Assembly: GCA_002269645.1 (NCBI GenBank)
Contig: NIVC01001569.1
Location: forward strand, 203,392 to 267,391
DNA length: 64,000 bases
Direction: 5' to 3'
Source: Macrostomum lignano
Taxonomy: Eukaryota
Of this stretch, positions 37,701 to 48,000 are shown piece by piece. Numbering within the stretch: position 1 is the first letter of the stretch; each line of letters begins with the position of its first letter. The translations under genes were made by a program, and so were the position numbers. Below the pieces are notes generated by a model. The model worked only from the letters and a program-made list of their open reading frames with translations. It was not told the DNA's origin and did no database searches.

Positions 37701-40700
37701 AGTTAATTGTCAAGCCTGGTACAATTTTTTCAATATTTGTAAGCCTAATAAAAATGAAAATAAAAAAGAATAATAACAGAGCATATTAATATACATGGCC
37801 AGGGGTGGAGCATCCAATTGCACATTTGAGGGCAAGTTCATAAATGTGCTTCTTGCTGGCTGTCTGGCTAGGAACCACTGGTTTAGCTGCGTACTAACCG
37901 CGACCAATTCCGCTTAACTTGCAGCGGAGCATTAGCCTATTGAGCATAAGTATTTAACCAATCTTAGCAATATTTCCCGCACTAATCCCTTCTCAGGCAG
38001 AGCTGCGGGCCAGCATATTCCTCGCACTTGAGGATCAGGACAAGTTCCTGTCCAGCCAAAGTTCCCCTAAGCGCCAAGAATTGAAGGACTTTCTGCAAAC
38101 CGGCGAGGGTCGGCAGGTGTTCGGCCTAGTCAGAGATCTGTTCGAATATTTTCAATTGGATTACACTTTGGCAGTGCTCAAGCCTGAAACTGGATTGCTC
38201 GACCAGTCAACGTGGAACAGTTTGGAAGCGCCGGGATTCGCCCGATCCAAGTCTAGCAGCAGGCCCTACCTAGCCAGTGTGCTGGCTTTGGCTGCCAGCG
38301 CCTCGGCCGGTGGCCCGTCTGCCTCATCAGCGGCTGCTCTTGATGCCAAATCTAGCGGCTCCAATGCAAGCGCTGGGGTGAGCTTGGCTCCTGTCTCTGT
38401 CAGTCCGCCTCCTCTAACACTGTGCTGCTCTTGTTAATCCGCTGTCTTTATCACCCTGCTGCTCTTGTTAATCCGCTGTCTTTATCGCCCTGCTGCCCGA
38501 GTTAATCTGCTGTCTTTATCGCCCTGCTGCCCGAGTTAATCCGCTGTCTTTATCGCCCTGCTGCCCGAGTTAATCTGCTGTCTTTATCGCCCTGCTGCCC
38601 GAGTTAATCTGCTGTCTTTATCGCCCTGCTGCCCGAGTTAATCCGCTGTCTTTATCGCCCTGCTGCCCGAGTTAATCTGCTGTCTTTATCGCCCTGCTGC
38701 CCGAGTTAATCTGCTGTCTTTATCAGCCTGCTGCCCGAGTTAATCTGCTGTCTTTATCAGCCTGCTGCCCGAGTTAATCTGCTGTCTTTATCGCCCTGCT
38801 GCCCGAGTTAATCCACTGTCTTTATCAGCCTGCTGGCCCCGTTAATCCACTGTCTTTGGAAGTATAAGAATTTTCCAATTTTAAGAACGCGACCTCGGGA
38901 AGCTGCTGTGATGCATATTCTCGTATTTAATTGTATCTCCTTAACCAAAGTCCCAGCGGCAGCCGCGCGGTAACCAACAGCAGTCTCAAAAGCAGCAACT
39001 AGTCTATGGCAAGCTTCGCCTACCTTCAAAGACTCGTAGCCCCAGCAACAATGGCGGCAACCTAGTAGCCGACGCAAAGTCCAGGGTTGTATTGTTTGTA
39101 CATTTTACATCAAGTTTTTTATTAACAAACAACTCCGTCGCTTGTTTACTGTTTATTCGTTTATTAGCTGATGATGCTTGGTTTCAGTTATAAAACTGTT
39201 TTTTGAGTTGTTCGACTAATTTGTTTCATACAAATTCTAATTTTGATACCAAAACATCTGATTTTTTGCAGCGTCATTACGACGACGATCTATTGCCAAT
39301 GTCAGCTAGCGTTGCTAGGGGCAGCTACGCCGGAGCCGCTTCCGGTAACAGCAACAACAATAACAGTTCCTCTCTTGGGTAAGTCGTGTCTTTTTAAATG
39401 CAGTTTATCAAGTATTTTATGAGCAGACTCAAGGACACTGAGGGAGCGGAAAGGCCAATTCTCAGGGACACTGAGGGAGCGGAGGGAACTGAAGAGACAG
39501 GCTCAAGTTAATCATAAATTACTTCAGTTTGTACTCGTAGATGTCATTGTACTGATTAAAGAACTAACAGGACATCTCTCTGTCTCCTATATAGTTTGTC
39601 AAAAATTCCAGTAAGCTCTCGAACCAACGGGTGAGTGAGTGTGCTGTCCGTAGGACTACTGAGTATGCACTACGTATTTTTGGCGCATATATTTATGTAG
39701 TAAATTGTTTATATCAGGGGTCTGCCAAATTTTCATCTAGATCAAGAATCCAGCTCATGGCTGCCAGTCTGATGAGAGTCGAGAAGAGAGCGTATGGAAA
39801 ATGAAAGATGAGAAAAGAGAAGACAAGCGAGAGATACGATGAGTGGTAATATAAAAGATAAAGGGAGAGAAAAGCGTAGAGAGTAGAACTGAGAGAGAGA
39901 AGAGATAGGAGAGGGGAGAGAGGAGAGAAGAAACAAGAGATAGGAGAGGGGAGAGAGGAGAGAAGAAACAAGAGATAGGAGAGGGGAGAGAGGAGAGAAG
40001 AAACAAGAGATAGGAGAGGGGAGAGAGGAGAGAAGAAACAAGAGATAGGAGAGGGGAGAGAGGAGAGAAGAAACAAGAGATAGGAGAGGGGAGAAAGGAG
40101 AGGAGGGAAGAGAGAGGAGATAGGAGAGAGGAGAGAAGAAACAAGAGATAGGAGATAGGAGAGAGGAGAGAAGAAACAAGAGATAGGAGAGGGGAGAGAG
40201 GAGAGAAGAAACAAGAGATAGGAGAGGGGAGAAAGGAGAGGAGGGAAAAGAGATAGGAGATAGGAGAGAGGAGAGAAGAAACAAGAGATAGGAGAGGGGA
40301 GAATAGAGAGAGCTAAAAAGAAACCGAGTTTGAGCGGGGCCGATTGCTTTTGCGAGTCTCGAAGAGAAAGGTTAGCCGACCCCTGATTTATGTGTATTCT
40401 CAGTAGTTGTTTTGTTAGCTTTCTAACATTCTAGCGTTGCTGAGTCAATGGTATTTATTTAGCATATGCATCTTTTGTATCATCAATTAACAAATTTTTA
40501 AGTCCGGCGCTTGGCGTTATGGCACATTGCAGTTGAGCACTGAACGGCATGGAAAATCCTACAAACAATGCGATGGGGTCTCAGCCTCAGCCAGAAATGA
40601 GATTCTGACCTCAGTAAATCTTTAGTGCGCGTCAATGCGGATTGTAAATAGGCGATTTAATACCCGAATTCCTCAGATTTGCGTTCATCTTTCAAAGCAG

Positions 40701-43314
40701 ATAGATACCAAATATCTGGCTTGTTATTAATGCTTCCGCATAAGTCTCTCTGGCAATGGCCCATGGATAAGTTATTAGTTCGTAATCCCCCATTGGAGGC
40801 ATACTGAGCTGGATAAGTCAGTGGCTTATATTGATTTTGGTAAGGCAGAGAACTCCCGTTTCATTTCCTGATTGAGTATGAGCAGCATGGAAATGAGATA
40901 TGCTGAGCAGTATGTGCTCTCCGTTCTTTTGTATTTGCCTCGCGCCTCCTTAGTCACCGAGTTCGCCTCTCAGTTCCTCAGTGTCCTTGAGTCTGTCTCT
41001 CAGATCTCAGTATCCTTGAATCTGCCTCCCTGCTCCCTCAGTGTCCTTGAGTCTGCCTCTCAGATCTCAGTATCCTTGAATCTGCCTCCCTGCTCCCTCA
41101 GTGTCCTTGAGTCTGCCTCTCAGATCTCAGTATCCTTGAATCTGCCTCCCTGCTCCCTCAGTGTCCTTGAGTCTGCTTCTCAGATCTCAGTATCCTTGAG
41201 TCTGCCTCTCAGATCTCAGTATCCTTGAGTCTGCCTCTGCGCTCCCTCAGTATCCTTGAGTCTGCCTCTCCGCTCCCTCAGTATCCTTGAGTCTGCCTCT
41301 CCGCTCCCTCAGTATCCTTGAATCTGCCTCTCCGCTCCCTCAGTGTCCTTGAGTCTGCCTCTCCGCTCCCTCAGTGTCCTTGAGTCTGCCTCTCCGCTCC
41401 CTCAGTGTCCTTGAATCTGCCGCTCCGCTCCCTCAGTGTCCTTGAGTCTGCCTCTCCGCTCCCTCAGTGTCCTTGAATCTGCCTCTCCGCTCCCTCAGTA
41501 TCCTTGAGTCTGCCTCTGCGCTCCCTCAGTATCCTTGAGTCTGCCTCTCCGCTCCCTCAGTGTCCTTGAGTCTGCCTCTCCGCTCCCTCAGTGTCCTTGA
41601 GTCTGCCTCTCCGCTCCCTCAGTGTCCTTGAGTCTGCCTCTCCGCTCCCTCAGTGTCCTTGAGTCTGCCTCTCCGCTCCCTCAGTGTCCTTGAGTCTGCC
41701 TCTCCGCTCCCTCAGTGTCCTTGAGTCTGCCTCTCCGCTCTCTTAGTATCTGAATCTGCATCTGTTTGTCTCTCTCCCGTCTCTCCCCTGTCTTTCACAT
41801 GTCTTTTCCGTCTTACCCCTGGTTCTCGCCTGTCTCCCCTGTCTCTCTCCCCTGTCTTCCCTGTCTCCCCCTTGTCCCTCCCCTGTCTCCCACATTTCTA
41901 CCACGTCTTTTGTCAAGTCAACAGACACAGGCACTTTTAGCAAAGTCACCCGCGCATTTCTACTCATCCACTCAGCTCTCCGACATCCAAGCGACCAACC
42001 GCGCAAGAGCCGCAGGCGCAGAAAAGTTTCCCAGCTTCGTCTAGCGACAGTCTGGACCCGCTGTCGAGTCCACGCCGTCAGCAGCAGCCTGTCAGGGAAA
42101 GCGGCGCAAGTTTGGAGCGGCCAAGATCGCGTGGCAACAATTTCGACGATTTGCCATCGCTCTCGGCAGCTGGAGGGGGCGGTGGCGGCAATGCTAGACA
42201 GTCGCCTCGCGGCGGTAAGAGACTGTTTTAGCGGAGTTAGAAACTGGTAGCAGGTAGATAGATGGGTAGCAGGTAGATAGATGGGTAGCATGTAGATAGA
42301 TGGGTAGCAGGTAGATAGATGCGTAGCAGGTAGATAGATAGGTAGCAGGTAGATAGATGGGTAGCATGTAGATAGATGGGTAGCAGGTAGATAGATGCGT
42401 AGCAGGTAGATAGATGGGTAGCATGTAGATAGATGGGTAGCAGGTAGATAGATGGGTAGCAGGTAGATAGATGGGTAACAGGTAGATAGATGGGTAACAG
42501 GTAGATAGATGGGTAGCAGGTAGATAGATGGGTCGCAGGTAGATAGATGGGTAGCAGGTAGATAGATGGGTAGCAGGTAGATAGATGGGTAGCAGGTAGA
42601 TAGATGGGTAGCAGGTAGATAGATGGGTAGCAGGTAGATAGATGGGTAGCAGGTAGATAGATGGGTAGCAGGTAGATAGATGGGTAGCAGGTAGATAGAT
42701 GGGTAGCAGGTAGATAGATGGGTCGCAGGTTGATAGATGGACAGCAAATAGAAAGATAGGTAGCAGGTAGAATACACGATGGGACACGGCAGGTAGATAG
42801 CGATGAAGCAGGTAGATGGTAGATAGAGATTCAGTTCATACATACAGAGTATCGTAGCTAACCAGATTGAATGAGCCCACAGACTGATGCCCTTCAATGA
42901 TCTGCAAAGTCTCCATCTCAATTCCTCATCGACCGCAACCCAGGCGACACCAGCAGCAATTCGATGCTGTCCGACCAGCTGGTTTCGAATGCCGCCGGCG
43001 GCGGCGGCGGCGGCTTTGACTACGGCGGCGGCGGAGGTGGAGACTACTTTGACGACTTCGAGGACAGCATCGCTGGCGGCGTCAGCAGCAGCGCTGGCGG
43101 CGGCGCTCTCGCATCGGCGCGCAGCTTGAAGTCGCAGTCGCAGATCAGCGCCGGCGACGACGGCGAAGTTGAAGACGAAGAGATTGAAGTGGAGGAGCTG
43201 CCGTCAGCGGCAGACGAGGACCCAACCGACGTAACGGTCGATAGCGAGATCTCTCTGCAGGCCGACTACGTCGAAGATGCCAATAGGCATGCCACTGGCA
43301 GGTCGCAGTTCTGA
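25780..43314 (+). CDS. CEP43: Centrosomal protein CEP43 / FGFR1 oncogene partner (FOP), 5 exons, ~391 aa
   Basis: join(25780-25857,37997-38377,39272-39378,41976-42214,42944-43314), phase-consistent, 1176 nt. N-terminal EDETEFRDLISQTLENNGVLGKIK|AELRASIFLALEDQ and LisH-like VRDLFEYFQLDYTLAVLKPET; acidic C-terminus ending ADYVED. Confidence 0.92.
26816..27200 (+). mobile_element. Truncated Helitron 5' fragment
   Basis: A|TCTAATATATC...GTCTGTCTG...GGCTCAACCGATTTT...GACGGTACATG...GGGATTAAATATTCGAAAAA, matching 1031-1200. Confidence 0.6.
27201..31409 (+). mobile_element. Non-autonomous Helitron (copy 2) with internal composite arrays, in CEP43 intron 1
   Basis: A|TCCAATATACTAAAAATCAAAAC 5' end; hairpin CCCC-AAC-GGGG at 31384-31394 then CTAG|T at 31406-31410; tRNA-like module 28118-28179. 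Confidence 0.75.
28430..31350. repeat. Alternating degenerate arrays (gctgagatgtcaagg family and ggggattctttggat family)
   Basis: Block A ~28430-29165, block B ~29170-29630, block A ~29630-30150, block B ~30150-31350. Confidence 0.85.
32757..33534 (+). mobile_element. Non-autonomous TIR element with AATT TSD (Sola1-like), nested in a relative
   Basis: AATT|GGCTTATTCCATATAAG ... CTTATATGGAATGAGCC|AATT; diverged inverted homolog at 33535-33914. Confidence 0.75.
33535..33914 (-). mobile_element. Older host copy of the same TIR family (left part continues below 32753)
   Basis: Minus strand starts GGCTCATTCCAGATAAGATGGAC and aligns to 32757-33120. Confidence 0.65.
34093..35388. mobile_element. 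Non-autonomous TIR element with CCC...GGG ends and CCGG-rich subterminal repeats (EnSpm/CACTA-like)
   Basis: 31-bp TIR CCCGCCTGGCTGTCGTAATCCGGTTTTCATC; many ccggatgaaa/tttcatccgg motifs in both subterminal regions; TSD not clear. Confidence 0.8.
35711..36209 (+). mobile_element. hAT MITE with internal GA-rich tract
   Basis: CAGGGGTTGGCAACC...GTTTGCTGACTCTTG with perfect 8-bp TSD TTTTAGTG (35703-35710, 36210-36217). Confidence 0.85.
38420..38850. repeat. 34-bp minisatellite, CEP43 intron 2
   Basis: Unit gctgcccgagttaatctgctgtctttatcgccct. Confidence 0.95.
39715..40385 (+). mobile_element. hAT MITE with internal 35-bp GA-rich minisatellite
   Basis: CAGGGGTCTGCCAAA...GGTTAGCCGACCCCTG; flanks gtttatat/atttatgt (6/8 TSD match); unit agagataggagaggggagagaggagagaagaaaca. 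Confidence 0.75.
40975..41740. repeat. 31-bp minisatellite, CEP43 intron 3
   Basis: Unit cagtgtccttgagtctgcctctccgctccct; 60-bp composite units at left edge. Confidence 0.96.
42245..42780. repeat. 19-bp minisatellite, CEP43 intron 4
   Basis: Unit tagcaggtagatagatggg. Confidence 0.96.
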
Positions 43315-43369
43315 TTGACAGCTCTCTGATTGTATACTGACATTGAATTGGATCCTGCCACCGAGCACG

Positions 43370-44340
43370 TCAGAATCCTGACACCATGTAAGCCAGAATC
43401 CTGACACCCTGTAAGCTAGAATCCTGACACCCAGCAATACAGAATCCTGACACCCTGTAAGCTAGAATCCTGACGCCCTGTAAGCCAGAATCCTGACATC
43501 CTGTAAGCCAGAATCCTGACGGCCTGTAAGCCAGAATCCTGACACCCAGCAATACAGAATCCTGACACCCTGTAAGCTAGAATCCTGACGCCCTGTAAGC
43601 CAGAATCCTGACATCCTGTAAGCCAGAATCCTGACACCCTGTAAGCTAGAATCCTGACACCCTGCAATACAGAATCCTGACGCCCTGTAAGCCAGAATCC
43701 TGACATCCTGTAAGCCAGAATCCTGACGGCCTGTAAGCCAGAATCCTGACACCCAGTAATACAGAATCCTGACACCCAGTAAGCCGGAATCCTGACACCC
43801 AGTAATACAGAATCCTGACACCCAGTAAGCCGGAATCCTGACACCCAGTAATACAGAATCCTGACACCCAGTAAGCTAGAATCCTGACACCCTGTAAGCC
43901 AGAATCCTGACATCCTGTAAGCCAGAATCCTGACATCCTGTAAGCCAGAATCCTGACACCCAGTAATACAGAATCCTGACACCCAGTAATACAGAATCCT
44001 GACACCCAGTAATACAGAATCCTGACACCCAGTAAGTCAGAATCCTGACACCCAGTAATACAGAATCCTGACACCCAGTAAGCCGGAATCCTGACACCCA
44101 GTAATACAGAATCCTGACACCCAGTAATACAGAATCCTGACACCCAGTAAGCCGGAATCCTGACACCCCGTAATACAGAATCCTGACACCCAGTAATACA
44201 GAATCCAGACACTCAGTAAGTCAGAATCCTGACACCCAGTAATACAGAATCCTGACACCCAGTAATACAGAATCCAGACACTCAGTAAGTCAGAATCCAG
44301 ACACTCAGTAAGTCAGAATCCAGACACTCAGTAAGTCAGA
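43370..44340. repeat. 23-bp minisatellite just 3' of CEP43 stop
   Basis: Unit cagaatcctgacaccctgtaagc / cagaatcctgacacccagtaata. Confidence 0.96.
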
Positions 44341-45005
44341 AAAGTAAGGCATTCTCTGTTTTTCCTCAGGTCATCACTTTGACATTAACAAAACTTAGGA
44401 TCCATTGGTGCGCTGTATGTTGGCAGGAATTCTAAACACACATACGAACTGCTCTCCTCTACAGTACAGCTAAAGTTGAAGTTAACAAACAACCGTTGTG
44501 CGGTTTGTTAATAGTTTTAATTTGTTGAAATTTGATACAAACACGTTGCCTAATGCAACCACTGTAAGTAGCTTGTAGTACAATTTTAATCGCTTTTATT
44601 TAGCTTGCTTGTCACCGTATTTGTTTTAAATTAATTCCGTCCATTTTTTATTTAAAACATTTGGTTTAAAGTGTATATTGACACGTAGCGTGTGTTCGTT
44701 GATTAAATAATTTTTTCTGAACATAAAATCCATTGTTTTTTCAAGCAGGCCTTGCCTTAAATTGCTTATATTTTGTCTAGTTTTTCTCAATAATAAAATA
44801 TATTCGATGACATGTAGAATAGAATCTGTATTTTGTTTGTTTATTTCATTTGAAACATTCATGGTATTTATTGTTTTTATCAAAACTCTGATAACCTCAC
44901 TAAAAATACACATTTCAGCCCATGCATCCTAAGCAATCGCTAATCTTAAGTGGCTACTAGCCCAGTAGTCTGGATAGCAGTAGATTTTTTCAATCTGCAC
45001 TGGCA

Positions 45006-48000
45006 ATGCTACTAGTGTTTTATCTGGCCTGGATTTGGAAACTAAGTTGGATTGTTGCAAGCGTACTTGTCGCATCTTGTGACGGAACAGGTAAATTATT
45101 GAACTGCTTTGCTAAAGTAATAGTGTGGTGTTCTGTTGTATGGTCCCTGCTAGGGACTGCTTGTTTTAAGGTCTGAATTAGGGTCGGGGATTGGGGTGTG
45201 TGTTCTGGGGTCGGGGAGTGGGGTGTGTGTTCTGGGGTCAGGGAGTGGGGTGTGTGTTCTGGGGTCGGGGAGTGGGGTGTGTGTTCTGGGTCGGGGAGTG
45301 GGGTGTGTGTTCTGGGGTCGGGGAGTGGGGTGTGTGTTTTCGGGTCGGGGAGTGGGGTGTGTGTTCTGGGGTCGGGGAGTGGGGTGTGTGTTCTGGGTCG
45401 GGGAGTGGGGTGTGTGTTTTCGGGTCGGGGAGTGGGGTGTGTGTTTTGGGGTCGGGGAGTGGGGTCTTTTGGGGTCGGGGAGTGGGGTGTGTGTTTTGGG
45501 GTCGGGGAGTGGGGTGTGTGTTTTGGGGTCGGGGAGTGGGGTGTGTGTTTTGGGGTCGGGGAGTGGGGTGTGTTTTGGGGTCGGGGAGTGGGGTGTGTGT
45601 TTTCTGGGGTCGGGGAGTGGGGTGTGTGTTTTGGGGTCGGGGAGTGGGGTGTGTGTTCTGGGGTCGGGTAGTGGGGTGTGTTTTGGGGTCGGGGAGTGGG
45701 GTGTGTGTTTTCTGGGGTCGGGGAGTGGGGTGTGTTGTGGGGTCGGGGAGTGGGGTGTGTGTTGTGGGGTCGGGGAGTGGGGTGTGTGTTGTGGGGTCGG
45801 GGACTGTGGTGTATTCTGGGGTGAATTTATTTTTAAATTAGTTTCGTCTGCCTAATTCACTTTTTAGGACCGATATCAGACGAGGGCACGCCGCCTACTT
45901 TTATCCATTGGCCGGCTTCTCAACGTCACGTGATCTTGTTGAAGCCCGATCACGTGACTCTGGAATGCGGCGCATTCGGCGATCCGCCGCCTAATTTAGT
46001 GTGGCATCGAGACGGTCAAGTTATCGCTACTAATAGTAGTCTTGGCCGGAACAAATCTTTCTATGGTGAGCAGATTTTTGTCAATTTTTATCTGATTTTA
46101 TTAGATCTTGCAATAAAATAAGCTGGGGGATAAATAAATAAGTCCCTTATTTCTTTTGGATTTTAAAGAGTAAATGCTCGAAGTGCTAAGGGTGAAAATC
46201 TTGAGCATCTTTATTGTGAAATTTTTAGTCTGACCTTTGTAGTAACCAAGAATATATTAATGTTGACTCACTTTCAGTGAACAGCTCGTTTGAGGCAATT
46301 TCGCCTGGAGTCTACCGCTGCCTCGCCGTCAATAGCCTGGGCGTTGCCGTCTCAGACGTTGCCATAGTAACAACCATGGAAGCTGCTCAATCTGCCCCGA
46401 TAATTACTGTGAGCAGCAGAGCGGGCGACAGCCTGCGGTTGCCATGCAAAGCTGCTCCAGCCGCGCTCACTGATTCAGGTGGTTCTTCTCACCTGCGTTT
46501 GATGGGCGGCCTGTTTACATGGCACAAATTGATTAGCGCTACTGGCCGGCTGCACACCGTTCCCATGGCAACCGAAGGTTCGACTTGCATTGTCTTATTT
46601 GTTTTATTATTCGAACTTGCGATTGTGAAGCTACTGTGTGACTCCTAAGTTGAATGGGGTGTGACTCCTAAGGTGGATTGGGTGTGACTCCTGAGGTGGA
46701 TGGGGTGTGACTCCTGATATTGGGGGTGTGACTCCTAAGTCGAATGGGGTGTGACTCCTAAGATGGATTGGGTGTGACTTCTGAGGTGGATGGGGTGTGA
46801 CTTCTGATATTGGGGGTGTGACTCCTAAGTTGAATGGGTGTGACTCCTAAGGTGGATTGGGTGTGACTCCTAAGGTGGATGGGGTGTGACTCCTGATATT
46901 GGGGGTGTGACTCCTAAGTTGAATGGGGTGTGACTCCTAAAGTGGATTGGGTGTGACTCCTGAGGTGGATGGGGTGTGACTCCTGAGGTGAATGGGGTGT
47001 GACTCCTGAGGTGGATGGAATGTGACTCCTGAGGTGGATGGAGTGTGACTCCTGAGGTGGATTGGATGTGACTCCTGAGGTGGATTGGGTGTGATTCCTG
47101 AGGTGGATTGGGTCTGACTCCTGATATTGGGGGTGTGACTCCTGAGGTGGATTGGGTGTGACTCCTGAGGTCGATAGGGTGTGACTCCTGAGGTCGATGG
47201 GGTGTGATTCCTGAGGTGGATGGGGTGTGACTCCTGAGGTGAATGGGGTGTGACTCCTGAGGTCGATGAAATGTGACTCCTAAGGTGGATGGGGTGTGAC
47301 TCCTAATTTTAAAGGGGTCTGACTCCTAAGGTGGATTGGGTGTGACTCTTAAGGTAGATGGGGTGTGACTCCTGATATTGGGGGTGTGACTCCTGAGGTG
47401 GATGGGGTGTGACTCCTGAGGTGGATGGGGTGTGACTCCTGAGGTCGATGGGGTGTGACTCCTGAGGTGGATTGGGTGTGACTCCTGAGGTGGATGGGGT
47501 GTGACTCCTGAGGTCGATGGGGTGTGACTCCTGAGGTGGATTGGGTGTGACTCCTGAAGTGGATGGGGTGTGACTCCTGAGGTCGATGGGGTGTGATTCC
47601 TGAGGTGGATGGGTTGTGACTCCTGAGGTGGATTGGATGTGACTCCTGAGGTGGATGGGGTGTGACTCCTGAGGTGGATGGAATGTGACTCCTGAGGTGG
47701 ATTGGGTGTGACTCCTGAGGTGGATGGGTTGTGACTCCTGAGGTGGATTGGATGTGACTCCTGAGGTGGATGGGGTGTGACTCCTGAGGTGGATGGAATG
47801 TGACTCCTGAGGTGGATTGGGTGTGACTCCTGAGGTGGATGGGTTGTGACTCCTGAGGTGGATTGGATGTGACTCCTGAGGTGGATGGGGTGTGACTCCT
47901 GAGGTGGATGGGGTGTGACTCCTGAGGTGGATTGGGTGTGACTCCTGAGGTGGATGGGTTGTGACTCCTGAGGTGGATTGGATGTGACTCCTGAGGTGGA

